Positions 10,254-22,419 of a DNA stretch of 64,000 nucleotides are shown one piece after another. Position 1 is the first letter of the stretch. Each line of letters starts with the position of its first letter. The position numbers were made by a program, and so were the translations under genes. The notes under the pieces are model-generated. The model searched no databases and was not told the DNA's origin. It saw only the letters and a program-made list of their open reading frames with translations. The stretch lies in contig JAJBTQ010000027.1 in NCBI GenBank assembly GCA_020860755.1, positions 7,489 through 71,488 on the forward strand, written 5' to 3'. Source of the DNA: Lachnospiraceae bacterium (lineage in GTDB: Bacteria; Bacillota; Clostridia; Lachnospirales; Lachnospiraceae).

Positions 10254-11030
10254 ATGAAATATACAGTGAACGGAGTCCAATATCATCTGGGAATTCAGGA
10301 GGGAGATGTCGGAAGATATCTGATCCTTCCCGGGGATCCGAAGCGCTGCGCAAAGATCGCGGAGCATTTTGATGACGCAAAACAGATCGCGGATCAGAGA
10401 GAGTACACCACTTATACCGGAACGTTGGACGGAGAAAAAGTCAGTGTGACCTCCACCGGGATCGGCGGACCATCTGCGGCCATTGCCTTGGAGGAACTGG
10501 TGCGCTGCGGGGCGGATACATTTATACGGATCGGGACCTGCGGAGGCATTCAGGAGGAGGTATTAAGCGGAGATCTCGTCATCGCGACCGGAGCGGTCCG
10601 TATGGAAGGCACGAGCAGGGAGTATGCGCCTATCGAGTTCCCCGCCGTGGCGGACTACCGCATCGTACGTGCGCTGCAGCAGGCGGCCGCGGAGAAGGGG
10701 TATGCCGCTCATACCGGCATCGTTCAGAGCAAAGACTCCTTCTATGGGGAGCATGAACCTGAGGTAATGCCGGTCAGTTACGAGCTTCTGGAAAAGTGGG
10801 AAGCCTGGAAACGGCTGGGTGTTCTGGCCTCCGAGATGGAGTCGGCCGCGCTCTACGTCGTCGCGTCGCATCTCGGTGTGCGGGCCGGTTCCGTCTTCCT
10901 CGTCATAGCCAATCAGGAACGGGAGGCTCTGGGCTTAGACAACCCGATGGTACACGATACCGAGGCAGCCATCACCACGGCGGTGGAGGCGCTGCGGATC
11001 CTGATCGCGGAGGAAAAACAAAATGTATGA
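10254..11030 (+). CDS. udp: Uridine phosphorylase
   Basis: [44 protein letters not shown]. Confidence 0.92.
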   Translation: MKYTVNGVQYHLGIQEGDVGRYLILPGDPKRCAKIAEHFDDAKQIADQREYTTYTGTLDGEKVSVTSTGIGGPSAAIALEELVRCGADTFIRIGTCGGIQEEVLSGDLVIATGAVRMEGTSREYAPIEFPAVADYRIVRALQQAAAEKGYAAHTGIVQSKDSFYGEHEPEVMPVSYELLEKWEAWKRLGVLASEMESAALYVVASHLGVRAGSVFLVIANQEREALGLDNPMVHDTEAAITTAVEALRILIAEEKQNV

Positions 11031-11883
11031 TGTTGCGATCGTCGGCGCCGGACCGGCCGGACTCTCGGCGGCGCTCAACTTAAAACTTTATGAAAAGGAC
11101 GTGATCTGGTTCGGAGACAGGGGCCTAAGCGCCAAGGTGGAAAAGTCGGAGCAGATCGCCAACTATCCCGGCGCGGGTCTTATCTCCGGCGAAGGTTTAA
11201 ACCGCCGCTTCGCGGATCACATTCGGGAGATGGACCTAGAACTGACAGAGAAAAAGGTGACGAATATCCTGGGTACGGGGGAGAACTATCAGCTTCTTGC
11301 GGAGAACGACCTCTATGAGGCGCGGACCCTGCTCCTTGCCATCGGAGCCGTGACGTCAAAGGGATTTCCCGGGGAGACTAAGATGCTCGGCCGCGGCGTC
11401 AGCTACTGTGCCACCTGCGACGGCTTTCTCTATCGGGGAAAAACGATCGCCGTCTACTGCGGAGACCCACGCTATGAGCTGGAAGTCCTCTATCTGGCGG
11501 ATCAGGCAGAGAAGGTATATCTCTATACCCCCTACAAAGACAGCACACTTACGAAGGATCCGGCATCCGGGAACATCGAGCGCCTGCCGCGGCCCATCGG
11601 GCGCGTGGAGGGAGACATGCGGGTGAGCGGCATAGTACTCACCGACGGCACCGAAGTTCCGGTTGACGGATTGTTCTGCCTGCGGGACGCAGTGGCACCG
11701 GCGGTGCTGTTGCCGGGCCTCACTCTTGACGGCCCCCACATTGCGGTCGACCACGGCATGAAGACCAATCTGCCGGGCTGCTTTGCGGCAGGAGACTGCA
11801 CGGGACAGCCCTATCAGATCGCCAAGGCTGCCGGGGAGGGAAATATCGCCGCACACAGCATTGTGGAATTCCTCGGGAAATAA
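11023..11883 (+). CDS. Thioredoxin-reductase-like FAD/NAD(P)H oxidoreductase
   Basis: [18 protein letters not shown] (CxxC), FAAGDCTG; NADPH-binding GGGxxA motif is degenerate (YCGDPR). Confidence 0.85.
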   Translation: MYDVAIVGAGPAGLSAALNLKLYEKDVIWFGDRGLSAKVEKSEQIANYPGAGLISGEGLNRRFADHIREMDLELTEKKVTNILGTGENYQLLAENDLYEARTLLLAIGAVTSKGFPGETKMLGRGVSYCATCDGFLYRGKTIAVYCGDPRYELEVLYLADQAEKVYLYTPYKDSTLTKDPASGNIERLPRPIGRVEGDMRVSGIVLTDGTEVPVDGLFCLRDAVAPAVLLPGLTLDGPHIAVDHGMKTNLPGCFAAGDCTGQPYQIAKAAGEGNIAAHSIVEFLGK

Positions 11884-11929
11884 GGATGAACAAAATCGTG
11901 CCTGACACGAAAAGCGGTGGGGATGTGCC

Positions 11930-11958
11930 TTGCAAATGTGGGGCTGCGGTTGTATAAT
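11930..11958 (+). promoter_or_regulatory. sigma-A promoter of thi operon
   Basis: TTGCAA-N17-TATAAT about 42 bp upstream of thiS ATG. Confidence 0.7.
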
Positions 11959-12000
11959 ATTTTCCGCATTTTGATTTAAACAGTTTGCTAAGGGGGAAAG

Positions 12001-12195
12001 ATGGTAAAGATCAACGGGACCGCATGCGATGCGGCTAAAAAGACCCTGCACGATTATCTGGTCGCGGCCGGCTACGACGAAGCGCGTGTGGCCGTAGAGC
12101 GAAACGGAGAGATCGTGGCGAAGGCGTGTTATGGGGACACTGTCCTTGCGGACGGAGATGAGCTGGAGATAGTCAGCTTTGTGGGAGGTGGTTGA
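12001..12195 (+). CDS. thiS: Sulfur carrier protein ThiS
   Basis: 64 aa, VAVERNGEIV, C-terminal EIVSFVGGG. Confidence 0.95.
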   Translation: MVKINGTACDAAKKTLHDYLVAAGYDEARVAVERNGEIVAKACYGDTVLADGDELEIVSFVGGG

Positions 12196-12196
12196 T

Positions 12197-12829
12197 ATGG
12201 CACGTCCCACACAAGAAGAGATGAGAAAGGCCTTAGAACAGAGGCAGGGAAAGGAACTGACGGCAAAGTTTGCCTCCAGTGTTGTGGCCGTCTGCGGGCT
12301 CGGCGGTCTGGGTTCGAACATCGCGATCGCCCTGGCAAGGGCCGGAGTCGGCCGGCTGATCCTGATCGACTTTGATCAGGTGGAGGCGTCGAATCTGCAC
12401 CGGCAGCAGTACAAGGCAGATCAGGTGGGAATGTACAAGACGGAAGCGCTCTCCGAGAATCTTCTGGAGATTGCGCCCTATATCCGTCTTACCCGGTTTT
12501 CCTGCCGGGTAAGTCCGCTCAATTTTGAGCGGCTTTTGGCGGATGCGGATATCATCTGTGAGGCGTTTGACCATCCGGAGGACAAGGCGATGCTGACAGA
12601 CGGTGTTCTGGAACGCATGCCGGAGAAATATCTGATCGCTGCCTCCGGCATGGCGGGCATGGGGCCGGCCAACGACATTGTCACCCGAAAGGTCTCGGAG
12701 CACTTCTATGTGTGTGGTGACGGTGTCAGCGATGTCGATGCAGGCATCGGGCTGGTGGCTCCGAGGGTCATGCTCTGTGCGTCCCACCAGGCACACACGG
12801 TCCTTCGGATCCTCTCGGGTCTCGAGTGA
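12197..12829 (+). CDS. thiF: ThiS adenylyltransferase ThiF
   Basis: GLGGLGS, IDFDQVEASNLHRQ, thi context. Confidence 0.92.
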   Translation: MARPTQEEMRKALEQRQGKELTAKFASSVVAVCGLGGLGSNIAIALARAGVGRLILIDFDQVEASNLHRQQYKADQVGMYKTEALSENLLEIAPYIRLTRFSCRVSPLNFERLLADADIICEAFDHPEDKAMLTDGVLERMPEKYLIAASGMAGMGPANDIVTRKVSEHFYVCGDGVSDVDAGIGLVAPRVMLCASHQAHTVLRILSGLE

Positions 12830-12863
12830 CGTGGTTTAATTTTTATGGAAAGAGGGAAATTTC

Positions 12864-13637
12864 ATGCAGATGAGCGATAAGCTTGTGATCGGCGGTCACG
12901 AATTTGACTCCAGGTTCATTCTGGGTTCCGGCAAATACTCCCTGCGCCTCATTGAGGCGGCGGTTACCTATGCCGGTGCGCAGATCATCACACTGGCGGT
13001 ACGCCGGGCAAACACAAAAGAGCAGGAGAACATTTTAGACTACATCCCGGAAGGGGTGACCCTGCTGCCGAACACCTCCGGCGCGCGAACGGCTGAGGAG
13101 GCGGTCCGTATCGCCCGGCTGGCAAGGGAGCTCGGCTGCGGAGATTTTGTAAAGATAGAGATCATGCGGGATACCAAATATCTGCTCCCGGATAACGAGG
13201 AGACGATCCGGGCAACGGAGACTCTGGCAGCGGAGGGATTTATCGTCATGCCCTACATGTCACCTGATCTCAACGCGGCGCGCGATCTGGTGGACGCCGG
13301 GGCGGCGACGATCATGCCGCTGGCGGCTCCGATCGGCTCCAACAAGGGCCTTGCCGCGAAAGAGTTTATTCAGATCCTGATAGACGAGATCGATCTGCCG
13401 ATCATTGTAGATGCCGGTATCGGCCGCCCGTCTCAGGCCTGCGAGGCCATGGAGATGGGGGCAGCGGCGATCATGGCCAACACGGCTCTCGCGACGGCGG
13501 GAGATCTGCCGATGATGGCAGCCGCGTTTGGGCAGGCCATCGAGGCCGGCCGGAAAGCCTATCTGTCCGGATTGGGGCGGGTTCTTGTCCGAGGGGGCTC
13601 CTCTTCGGATCCCCTGACCGGATTTCTGCGGGATTAG
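12864..13637 (+). CDS. thiG: Thiazole synthase
   Basis: [37 protein letters not shown]. Confidence 0.96.
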   Translation: MQMSDKLVIGGHEFDSRFILGSGKYSLRLIEAAVTYAGAQIITLAVRRANTKEQENILDYIPEGVTLLPNTSGARTAEEAVRIARLARELGCGDFVKIEIMRDTKYLLPDNEETIRATETLAAEGFIVMPYMSPDLNAARDLVDAGAATIMPLAAPIGSNKGLAAKEFIQILIDEIDLPIIVDAGIGRPSQACEAMEMGAAAIMANTALATAGDLPMMAAAFGQAIEAGRKAYLSGLGRVLVRGGSSSDPLTGFLRD

Positions 13638-13650
13638 GAGGCAGACGGAT

Positions 13651-14904
13651 ATGGACAATCAATTTTTCGTGGACGCGGACACCTTAACGGATGCCGCGCT
13701 GGAAAAAAAGCACAGACTGGAGACGGATCCGTCGTCCCGGATGGACCACATGGAGTATCTGCCCGGCATGGAGCGGATCGACTCCGATGTTTGCGAGAAC
13801 GTGATGTGCAGAGTCCGTGAGTATGATCCCCTCGCCTTCACGGCTGCGGATGTCCGCGCAGCTTTAGATGACGAGGCCTGCAGCGTTGAGGATCTCATGG
13901 CGCTTTTATCCCCGGCGGCAGAGCCGTTTCTGGAAGAGATGGCGCAGCGTGCCCGGGTTGAGACGAGCAGACATTTCGGAAACACGGTCTATCTTTTTAC
14001 CCCTTTGTATATTGCAAACTATTGTGAAAACTACTGTGTCTACTGCGGGTTTAACTGTTACAATCAGATCTCGCGGATGAAGCTTTCCCCGGAACAGATC
14101 GAGCATGAGATGCAGGTGATCGCTGAGAGCGGAATGGAAGAGATCCTGATCTTAACCGGCGAAAGCCGTGGGATGAGCAGTGTGGAGTACATCGGTGAGG
14201 CGTGTAAGCTGGCGCGGAAGTATTTCCGTATGGTGGGAGTGGAAATTTATCCTGTCAATACGGATGAGTACCGCTATCTCCACGAGTGCGGCGTCGACTA
14301 TGTGACAGTTTTCCAGGAGACATATGACACGGATCGATATGAGTCCCTTCATCTGATGGGACATAAGCGTGTCTGGCCCTATCGGTTTGACGCGCAGGAG
14401 CGGGCTCTCATGGGAGGCATGAGGGGTGTTGCGTTTTCCGCACTCCTCGGTCTGGCCGATTTTCGAAAAGACGCATTGGCGACGGCACTTCACGCTTACT
14501 ATCTGCAGCGAAAGTACCCGCGGGCGGAGATATCGCTTTCCTGTCCGAGACTGCGGCCGATCATCAACAACGACCGGATCAGCCCGACTGATGTGGGCGA
14601 GACACAGCTGTGTCAGGTTCTTTGCGCCTACCGGATCTTTCTGCCTTTTGCGGGGATCACTGTGTCTTCCCGGGAGAGCGCATCGTTTCGGGATGGGATC
14701 GTAAAGATAGCCGCGACGAAAGTTTCAGCTGGTGTATCGACCGGTGTCGGAGATCATGAGAGTAAATATTCCGGAAAGGAGTCAGACGACGGGCAGGGCG
14801 ATGAGCAGTTCGAGATCAGCGACGGGCGCAGCCTTACGCGGATGTATGAGGACATGTCAGAGGAAGGCCTGCAGCCGGTCTTAAACGATTATCTCTATGT
14901 CTGA
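13651..14904 (+). CDS. thiH: 2-iminoacetate synthase (radical SAM tyrosine lyase)
   Basis: FTPLYIANYCENYCVYCGF (CxxxCxxC), FQETY, PRLRP, SAGVST, QFEISDGR. Confidence 0.95.
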   Translation: MDNQFFVDADTLTDAALEKKHRLETDPSSRMDHMEYLPGMERIDSDVCENVMCRVREYDPLAFTAADVRAALDDEACSVEDLMALLSPAAEPFLEEMAQRARVETSRHFGNTVYLFTPLYIANYCENYCVYCGFNCYNQISRMKLSPEQIEHEMQVIAESGMEEILILTGESRGMSSVEYIGEACKLARKYFRMVGVEIYPVNTDEYRYLHECGVDYVTVFQETYDTDRYESLHLMGHKRVWPYRFDAQERALMGGMRGVAFSALLGLADFRKDALATALHAYYLQRKYPRAEISLSCPRLRPIINNDRISPTDVGETQLCQVLCAYRIFLPFAGITVSSRESASFRDGIVKIAATKVSAGVSTGVGDHESKYSGKESDDGQGDEQFEISDGRSLTRMYEDMSEEGLQPVLNDYLYV

Positions 14905-15502
14905 TATTATCTGTGTGACAAACCGCCGGCTTACCAGTGAGACATTTTTGGAACGGATCCGGACGATCGCCTCGTGTCATCCGGCTGCGGTTCTGCTGAG
15001 GGAAAAAGACCTGACCGAGGCGGAATATGAGGATCTTGCCCGGAGCGTGACTGCAATATGTGAGACATACGGTGTGCCGTGCATCCTTCACACATATGCG
15101 GAGGCGGCCATGAGGTTAAAAGCGGAGGCGGTTCATCTGCCGCTGCCCATACTTCGCGGGATGAGCGGGGAGATGAAAGAAAGATTTCGGGTCATCGGTA
15201 CCTCCTGCCATTCTTTGGAAGAGGCATGGGAGGCCGAACAGCTCGGTTGTACGTATCTCATTGCAGGGCATATCTATGACACGGACTGCAAGGAAAATCA
15301 GCCGGGGCGCGGACTGTCTTTTTTGCGGCAGGTCTGCGGGAGCGTTTCCGTGCCGGTTTTGGCGATCGGCGGGATCTGCGCCGAAAATGCGGCCGATGTG
15401 CGCAGCGCGGGGGCAGCGGGACTGTGTGTCATGAGTTCCTGCATGACCAGTGAGGATGTAGAGGGACTGTTAAACGCTCTTGCCGAAACGGATAGAGGAT
15501 GA
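14897..15502 (+). CDS. tenI: TenI-like thiazole tautomerase (ThiE/TenI family)
   Basis: LREK, SCHS, GHIYDTDCK...GRG resembles TenI more than catalytic ThiE; LAIGGI. Confidence 0.7.
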   Translation: MSDIICVTNRRLTSETFLERIRTIASCHPAAVLLREKDLTEAEYEDLARSVTAICETYGVPCILHTYAEAAMRLKAEAVHLPLPILRGMSGEMKERFRVIGTSCHSLEEAWEAEQLGCTYLIAGHIYDTDCKENQPGRGLSFLRQVCGSVSVPVLAIGGICAENAADVRSAGAAGLCVMSSCMTSEDVEGLLNALAETDRG

Positions 15503-15736
15503 ATGATGAGACAGATGGAATTTAAAATGGAGCGAACCGGACTCTTGGAAGTGGGGGATGTAATTCCGGTCACGGAGTACAAGCTTCCGAATTCCTGGTA
15601 TTATGTGCTGGGAAAGTCCTATGCCATGTCCGCCAACTATCCAAACCGGGAGCGCTTAAAGTCCGAAGCCGGAAAGGTGATCGAGATAAAGGAAACGGAC
15701 AGAGGCTACTATGTAGTTGTCGAGTTTGAGGAATAG
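15503..15736 (+). CDS. Hypothetical protein (77 aa)
   Basis: ORF abutting tenI with AGAGGA RBS, in operon context. Confidence 0.7.
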   Translation: MMRQMEFKMERTGLLEVGDVIPVTEYKLPNSWYYVLGKSYAMSANYPNRERLKSEAGKVIEIKETDRGYYVVVEFEE

Positions 15737-15751
15737 GGGCCGGCATTTTTT

Positions 15752-16678
15752 ATGAGTGTAGTTGCGACGAGTGTTATCATTTTATTTGCGCTGATCTTTC
15801 TCGGGTTTTTCCTCGGGAAAGGGAAAGTGGTAAAGCAGGACAGTATACCGGATCTGTCCAATCTGGTCCTTAAGGTGACCATGCCGGTGACAGTATTCTG
15901 CTCTATTGTCGACCAGCAGGGCGAGAGCAATCTCTCCATGGCCTGGCAGATGATCGTTGGGGTGATCATCTTTCACGGGATCGCCTTTGTGATCACGTTT
16001 GTCGCGACAAAACTGATGCGTGTTCCGCAGAATGAGGAGGGCGTGTGGCTGTTTTCCGGCATGCTGACGAACAACGGCTTTATGGGACTCCCGCTCGCAC
16101 TGGCTGTATTCGGGACGCAGGGCATGTTCCTCATGGCTATGGGGAATGTAATCTCCAATCTTATCATCTTTTCTGTCGGACTCAAGCTGATCACGATGCG
16201 TTATCCAATCAAGAATAAGATCAGTCTCCGGCAAATGCTGCTGAACAATATCAACATTGCAGTTGTTCTTGGCTTTATTTTTCTGCTGCTGCACATTCCG
16301 ATGCCGGCTGTTTTGGACCAGCTGCTCACTTATCTCGCCAACATTACCAGCGGATTGTCCATGCTGGTTGTGGGACTGTCTCTGTCCCGGCTGGCATTTA
16401 AAGACGTCTTCTCAGACAAAAAGATGTTTGTCCTGCCTGTGGTCAAACTGCTGATCATCCCGTTGGTTGTTATTCTTCTCTTCTGGATGATCCCCATCCC
16501 GATCGATCCGGCCGTCAAGAGCGTCCTGATCCTGACGGCAGCCCTGCCGTCCGCATCAGTGCAGTCAATGTTTGCCGAGCAGTACGGCACCAACACTGCC
16601 GCAGCGAGCCGGGCAGTATTTTTGACAACACTTTTCAGTGTCGTGACGGTTCCGCTGCTCATGATGCTGGCGCTTTGA
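15752..16678 (+). CDS. AEC (auxin efflux carrier/malate permease) family transporter
   Basis: About 10 hydrophobic helices; NNGFMGLP, VKLLIIP, ALPSA motifs. Confidence 0.88.
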   Translation: MSVVATSVIILFALIFLGFFLGKGKVVKQDSIPDLSNLVLKVTMPVTVFCSIVDQQGESNLSMAWQMIVGVIIFHGIAFVITFVATKLMRVPQNEEGVWLFSGMLTNNGFMGLPLALAVFGTQGMFLMAMGNVISNLIIFSVGLKLITMRYPIKNKISLRQMLLNNINIAVVLGFIFLLLHIPMPAVLDQLLTYLANITSGLSMLVVGLSLSRLAFKDVFSDKKMFVLPVVKLLIIPLVVILLFWMIPIPIDPAVKSVLILTAALPSASVQSMFAEQYGTNTAAASRAVFLTTLFSVVTVPLLMMLAL

Positions 16679-16718
16679 TTAAGTTCATTATTTTTTTATT
16701 TTTAAAACAGTAGATTTA

Positions 16719-16750
16719 TTGACAATAACCATGTATAATATACCATGGTT
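16719..16750 (+). promoter_or_regulatory. pyrG promoter overlapped by an inverted repeat
   Basis: TTGACA-N16-TACCAT; AACCATG-N10-CATGGTT at 16727-16750. Confidence 0.5.
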
Positions 16751-16785
16751 TTTTGTGTTGGTTTAAAACAGGGGAGATTTTTACG

Positions 16786-18396
16786 ATGGCAGTGAAGTAT
16801 GTATTTGTAATCGGCGGAGTTGTCTCCGGGCTGGGAAAAGGGATCACAGCGGCGTCTCTCGGACGTCTCTTAAAGGCGCGCGGCTATCGCGTGACTATGC
16901 AGAAGTTTGATCCGTATATCAACATTGATCCCGGGACGATGAATCCGATCCAGCACGGGGAAGTGTTTGTCACGGACGACGGGGCAGAGACAGATCTGGA
17001 TCTCGGCCACTATGAGCGATTTATCGATGAGAGTTTGAGCAAGCAGTCGAACGTCACCACAGGTCAGGTGTACTGGTCGGTCCTTCAGAAGGAGCGCCGG
17101 GGCGACTACGGCGGCGGTACGGTCCAAGTGATCCCGCACATTACAAATGAGATCAAGGCCAGGTTTTACAGAGATTTTACAACGGATGAGACGCAGATCG
17201 CGATCATAGAGGTCGGCGGCACGGTCGGGGATATCGAGGGGCAGCCGTTCCTCGAGGCCATCCGTCAGTTTCAGCAGGAGGTGGGGCATGAGAATGCCAT
17301 CATCATACATGTGACACTTGTCCCCTACTTAAAGAGTTCCGGAGAACTGAAGACGAAGCCGACGCAGCAGAGCGTAAAAGAGCTTCAGGGAATGGGACTC
17401 CAGCCGGACATCATCGTGTGCCGCACCGAGCATGAGCTGACCGATGAGGTTCGCGACAAGATCGCGCTGTTTTGTAACGTACCGGACTCCCATGTGCTGC
17501 AGAACAAAGATGTGGAGTATCTGTATGAGGCTCCGCTCTCCATGGAAAAAGAGCACTTGGCTCAGGTGGCCTGTGAGTGCCTGAACCTTCCCTGCCCCGA
17601 GCCGGATCTGACCGACTGGGCCGCAATGGTCGAGGCGCTCCGCAATCCCACAAAGGAAGTGGAGATCGCATTGGTCGGAAAATATATCTCGCTCCATGAC
17701 GCATATATTTCTGTGGTGGAGGCATTAAAGCACGGAGGCATCGCCCATCACGCTACCGTCAACATCCGCTGGGTCAACTCGGAGGATGTTACGGAGGAGA
17801 ACGTGGATGAGCTGCTTGGCGGCGTGCAGGGCATTGTCGTACCGGGCGGGTTTGGCTCCCGCGGCATCGACGGCAAGATTACCGCGATCCGTTACGCGCG
17901 GGAAAATAGGATCCCTTATCTGGGTCTCTGCCTTGGCATGCAGCTGGCCATTGTGGAGTTTGCCCGCAACAAATGTGATATGGACGATGCGCACAGCATC
18001 GAGCTTTTGCCGTCCACCCGCCATCCGGTCATCGCTCTGATGCCGGATCAAAACGGCGTGGAGGACATCGGCGGTACGCTGCGGCTGGGCGCTTATCCCT
18101 GTCAGATTGATCCCGAGAGCAAGGCGCACGACGTGTATGGGCAGGATTTGATCTATGAGCGTCACCGCCATCGCTATGAAGTAAATAACGATTATCGTCA
18201 GGTGCTTATTGACAACGGCATGAATCTTTGTGGACTTTCGCCTGACGGACGGATCGTGGAAATGCTGGAGATCCCTGATCACCCGTGGTTTATCGCGACT
18301 CAGGGGCATCCGGAACTGAAGTCCAGACCGAACCACCCCCATCCGCTGTTTGACGGATTTATCGGGGCGGCAATGGAGTACGGGGAGCAGCAATAA
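16786..18396 (+). CDS. pyrG: CTP synthase
   Basis: [55 protein letters not shown]. Confidence 0.98.
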   Translation: MAVKYVFVIGGVVSGLGKGITAASLGRLLKARGYRVTMQKFDPYINIDPGTMNPIQHGEVFVTDDGAETDLDLGHYERFIDESLSKQSNVTTGQVYWSVLQKERRGDYGGGTVQVIPHITNEIKARFYRDFTTDETQIAIIEVGGTVGDIEGQPFLEAIRQFQQEVGHENAIIIHVTLVPYLKSSGELKTKPTQQSVKELQGMGLQPDIIVCRTEHELTDEVRDKIALFCNVPDSHVLQNKDVEYLYEAPLSMEKEHLAQVACECLNLPCPEPDLTDWAAMVEALRNPTKEVEIALVGKYISLHDAYISVVEALKHGGIAHHATVNIRWVNSEDVTEENVDELLGGVQGIVVPGGFGSRGIDGKITAIRYARENRIPYLGLCLGMQLAIVEFARNKCDMDDAHSIELLPSTRHPVIALMPDQNGVEDIGGTLRLGAYPCQIDPESKAHDVYGQDLIYERHRHRYEVNNDYRQVLIDNGMNLCGLSPDGRIVEMLEIPDHPWFIATQGHPELKSRPNHPHPLFDGFIGAAMEYGEQQ

Positions 18397-18427
18397 GTTT
18401 TTGGGGAAATAAGTCAAATAAGGAGAG

Positions 18428-20521
18428 ATGCGCGGGAGCGCGCAGAATCGGTATTTTATTATGGATCCAAACAGATCTGAAAACAACGGAAATAACAACG
18501 GAAACAACAATAACAATAACGGCAACAGGAAGGGCGGATCCTTTATGTGGATCATATTGGCAGTGCTGCTCGTCCTTATTCTGGTGTCTACGTTCTCAAA
18601 CCGTATGAACAACCTTACGAATCAGGAGATCTCATACTCCGATTTTGAAAGGATGGTCGAGGAAGGAAAAGTGCAGGATGTCGTTATCACCTCCAGCGAG
18701 ATCGAGATCACACCGGTGGAGGAAGATACGTCGAATTCCCTCTACAATGTAACGTACTACACTGTCAACCTCGGCGATGAACGGCTCTATGAGTTTCTCG
18801 ATGAGTACGGTGTGGATTATACAGGGAAAAACAGCAACAACAATGCATTCCTCATTAATATTTTAAGCTTTATCATTCCGCTTGCCCTCATATGGGGGAT
18901 CTTTGCCTTCGCCATGCGAAGGATGGGCGGCGGCAGCGGTGCCGGTGGCGGCGGCATCATGGGTGTCGGCAAGAGCAACGCCAAGATGTACGTGGAAAAA
19001 AAGACCGGGGTGGACTTTACCGATGTGGCCGGGCAGGACGAAGCGAAGGAGACGCTTCAGGAAATGGTGGATTTCTTAAACAATCCCCAGAAGTATACGG
19101 CGATCGGTGCGAAGCTGCCGAAGGGAGCCCTTTTGGTGGGACCTCCCGGTACCGGCAAGACCCTTCTTGCCAAGGCGGTGGCCGGAGAGGCGGGTGTACC
19201 GTTCTTCTCGCTGGCCGGTTCCGATTTTGTGGAAATGTTTGTAGGTGTGGGCGCGTCCCGTGTGCGTGACCTGTTCAAGGAAGCGCAGAAGCAGTCGCCC
19301 TGCATTATATTTATCGATGAGGTGGACGCCATCGGCAAAACGCGTGACAGCCGATACGGCGGCGGCAACGATGAGCGGGAGCAGACGTTAAACCAGCTCC
19401 TTGCGGAAATGGATGGATTCGACAGTTCCAAGGGAGTGCTGATCCTGGCGGCGACCAACCGGCCGGAAGTGCTTGACAAGGCGCTTTTGAGACCCGGACG
19501 TTTTGACCGGCGCGTTATCGTCGACAAGCCGGATCTAAAAGGGCGTGTAGAGACGCTTCGGGTTCATTCGAGGAATGTCCTGATGGACGAGACAGTTGAC
19601 CTGGAAGCCCTGGCACTCGCAACCGCGGGCTGTGTGGGATCCGATCTCGCCAACATGGTCAATGAGGCAGCCATCAATGCCGTCAAGCACGGAAGGAAAT
19701 ATGTCAGTCAGGAGGACCTGTTCGAATCCGTCGAGGTCGTCATCGCCGGCAAGGAGAAGAAAGACCGGATCATGGGTCCCAAGGAGAAGCATCTTGTGGC
19801 ATATCACGAAGTGGGACACGCGCTGGTATCTGCCCTTCAGAAGGACACGGAGCCGGTACAAAAGATCACGATCGTACCGCGGACAATGGGTTCGCTTGGA
19901 TATACGCTTCAGACACCTGAGGAGGAGAAATACTTAGAGACACGGGCGGAGCTGGAAGCCCAACTTGTCACTTACATGGGCGGCCGCGCCGCCGAGGAGA
20001 TCAAATGTGACTCCGTCTCCACGGGTGCAGCAAACGACATAGAGATGGCGACACAGATCGCCCGGTCTATGGTCACCCGGCTTGGAATGTCTGATGAGTT
20101 TGGACTGATGGCCATGGAGACCGTGGAGAGCCAGTATCTGGACGGCCGGGCCATGCCGACGGTGGCGGAGAGTACGGTTGCGAAGGTGGATGAGGTGGTT
20201 CAGGCTATGCTGCAGAAGGCATACAACACCGCCAAACAGATGATCTACGAGAACATCGATATCTTAGAGAGGATCGCTGAATACCTGTATGAACACGAAA
20301 CGATCACGGGCAAGGAGTTTATGGATATCTTCACCGAAATGAGGGAAGAGCGCGGACCGTTGGCTGTAGAGGCCTATATTACGGACGTGGAGCCGGACGA
20401 CGTGGTCGAAGAGGCGCAGGTGTATACGCCAAAGGAACCGAGCCCGTCGACGGACAGCACGAATGACCGGACCGTCAGCTATGACACGGATGTGGCACCG
20501 GACGAGGCGTTCGACGAATAG
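18428..20521 (+). CDS. ftsH: ATP-dependent zinc metalloprotease FtsH
   Basis: 2 TM; GPPGTGKT Walker A; IFIDE; ALLRPGRFD; HEVGH. Confidence 0.97.
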   Translation: MRGSAQNRYFIMDPNRSENNGNNNGNNNNNNGNRKGGSFMWIILAVLLVLILVSTFSNRMNNLTNQEISYSDFERMVEEGKVQDVVITSSEIEITPVEEDTSNSLYNVTYYTVNLGDERLYEFLDEYGVDYTGKNSNNNAFLINILSFIIPLALIWGIFAFAMRRMGGGSGAGGGGIMGVGKSNAKMYVEKKTGVDFTDVAGQDEAKETLQEMVDFLNNPQKYTAIGAKLPKGALLVGPPGTGKTLLAKAVAGEAGVPFFSLAGSDFVEMFVGVGASRVRDLFKEAQKQSPCIIFIDEVDAIGKTRDSRYGGGNDEREQTLNQLLAEMDGFDSSKGVLILAATNRPEVLDKALLRPGRFDRRVIVDKPDLKGRVETLRVHSRNVLMDETVDLEALALATAGCVGSDLANMVNEAAINAVKHGRKYVSQEDLFESVEVVIAGKEKKDRIMGPKEKHLVAYHEVGHALVSALQKDTEPVQKITIVPRTMGSLGYTLQTPEEEKYLETRAELEAQLVTYMGGRAAEEIKCDSVSTGAANDIEMATQIARSMVTRLGMSDEFGLMAMETVESQYLDGRAMPTVAESTVAKVDEVVQAMLQKAYNTAKQMIYENIDILERIAEYLYEHETITGKEFMDIFTEMREERGPLAVEAYITDVEPDDVVEEAQVYTPKEPSPSTDSTNDRTVSYDTDVAPDEAFDE

Positions 20522-20531
20522 GGGATCCTGC

Positions 20532-22394
20532 ATGTTTGACATTGCCGAAGAATTAAAGAAGCTTCCGGATCATCCCGGAGTGTATCTGATGCACGACGAT
20601 CAGGATGCGATCATTTATATAGGCAAGGCGGTCAGCTTAAAAAACCGGGTGCGCCAGTATTTTCAGTCCAGCCGGAACAAGGGTCCCAAGATCGAAAAGA
20701 TGGTCTCCAATATCGCGCGGTTTGAGTATATTCTCACGGACTCCGAGCTGGAAGCTCTGGTCCTGGAATGCAATTTAATAAAGGAGCATCGTCCGAAGTA
20801 CAACACGATGCTGAAGGATGACAAGACGTATCCTTACATAAAAGTGACTCTGGGAGAGATGTATCCCAGAGTCCTCTTTTCACGTCAGATGAAAAAGGAC
20901 AAATCCCGCTATTTCGGCCCGTATTCCAGTGCGGCCGCTGTGCGGGATACCATTGACCTGATCCGGAAGCTCTACCAGATCCGCAGCTGCAACCGGAGCC
21001 TGCCGCGGGACATCGGGAAGGAGAGGCCGTGCCTTAATTACCACATTCACCAGTGCAGCGCGCCCTGCCAGGATCTTATCTCCGCACAGGAGTACCGGGA
21101 GAGGATCGACGCGGCACTGGATTTTTTAAGCGGCCGGGTTACGCCTGTGATCCGGGATCTGGAGGAAAAAATGACCGCTGCTTCCGCTGCGATGGACTTT
21201 GAAAAGGCCGCGGAATACCGGGACCTGCTCGCCAGTGTGACGCAGATCGCCGAGAAACAAAAGATCACGGACCTGGGCGGCGAGGACCGCGACATCATTG
21301 CGCTCGCCATGGACGAAACGGATGCGGTGGTGCAGGTGTTTTTTGTCCGGGAGGGAAAACTCATCGGCAGGGAACACTTTCACGTCGCGATCGGGACGGA
21401 AGACAGCCCTTCGGAGGTCTTGTCCACTTTCCTCCGCCAATACTATGCGGGCACACCGTTTATCCCGAAAGAGATCATGCTTCAGACAGAGATCGCGGAC
21501 CGGGAGATCATCGAGCAGTGGCTTAACGGGCGGCGGGGCAGGAAATGCTATATCCGCGTCCCGAAAAAGGGAAACAGGGAAAAGCTTGTAGAGCTGGCTG
21601 CGCAGAACGCAGAGCTCGTTTTAAAGCAGGATAAAGAAAAGATTCGGCGCGAAGAGGGACGTACGATCGGTGCGACAAAGGAGATTGCGTCGCTGCTTGG
21701 AATCGAACACATCGGGCGGATGGAGGCCTACGATATTTCCAACACGAGCGGTTTCGAATCCGTGGGATCTATGGTAGTATATGAAAAAGGGAAACCGTGC
21801 CGCAGCGATTACCGGCGCTTTAAGCTCCGCAGCGTGACCGGCCCGGACGACTATGCCTCCCTCCGTGAAGTTCTTCTGCGGCGCTTTATGCACGGCTTAA
21901 AGGAGCGGGAAGAAAACCGCTCAAAACAGATCGGGGATGAGTATGGAAGTTTTACCCGCTTTCCGGATCTGATCCTCATGGACGGCGGAAAGGGTCAGGT
22001 GAATACGGCACTAAAGGTGCTGGACGAACTGGAACTTGACATCCCGGTCGCGGGGATGGTGAAAGATGACTTTCACAGGACCCGCGGTTTATATTACAAT
22101 AATATTGAGCTTCCGATCGATCCGCATTCTGAGGCTTTTCGCCTGATCACGCGGATCCAGGACGAGGCACACCGGTTTGCCATCGAGTATCACCGTTCCC
22201 TGCGTACAAAAGGGCAGGTGCACTCTGTGTTGGATGACATTCCGGATATCGGCCCGGAGCGTCGAAAGGCGCTGATGAGGGCCTACGAATCGCTCGATGC
22301 GATCCGCGATGCGGACGTGGAGTCGCTTGCGGAAGTGCCGTCAATGACACGAAGGGCGGCAGAATCGGTCTATCGGTTTTTTCACAGCAGTTAA
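20532..22394 (+). CDS. uvrC: Excinuclease ABC subunit C
   Basis: PGVYLM...[47 protein letters not shown], HhH. Confidence 0.97.
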   Translation: MFDIAEELKKLPDHPGVYLMHDDQDAIIYIGKAVSLKNRVRQYFQSSRNKGPKIEKMVSNIARFEYILTDSELEALVLECNLIKEHRPKYNTMLKDDKTYPYIKVTLGEMYPRVLFSRQMKKDKSRYFGPYSSAAAVRDTIDLIRKLYQIRSCNRSLPRDIGKERPCLNYHIHQCSAPCQDLISAQEYRERIDAALDFLSGRVTPVIRDLEEKMTAASAAMDFEKAAEYRDLLASVTQIAEKQKITDLGGEDRDIIALAMDETDAVVQVFFVREGKLIGREHFHVAIGTEDSPSEVLSTFLRQYYAGTPFIPKEIMLQTEIADREIIEQWLNGRRGRKCYIRVPKKGNREKLVELAAQNAELVLKQDKEKIRREEGRTIGATKEIASLLGIEHIGRMEAYDISNTSGFESVGSMVVYEKGKPCRSDYRRFKLRSVTGPDDYASLREVLLRRFMHGLKEREENRSKQIGDEYGSFTRFPDLILMDGGKGQVNTALKVLDELELDIPVAGMVKDDFHRTRGLYYNNIELPIDPHSEAFRLITRIQDEAHRFAIEYHRSLRTKGQVHSVLDDIPDIGPERRKALMRAYESLDAIRDADVESLAEVPSMTRRAAESVYRFFHSS

Positions 22395-22419
22395 AGGGGA
22401 GAGTCACGGAGGAATCATT

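Noticed and set aside
18478-18527. AAC/AAT-rich repeat at the ftsH 5' end
   Set aside because: Low-complexity Asn/Gly linker in frame with FtsH
11356-18612. Long antisense ORFs (e.g. 11356-12321, 17725-18612; similarly 6405-7151 and 55681-56532)
   Set aside because: Overlap well-supported genes on the opposite strand; expected shadow ORFs in GC3-rich DNA
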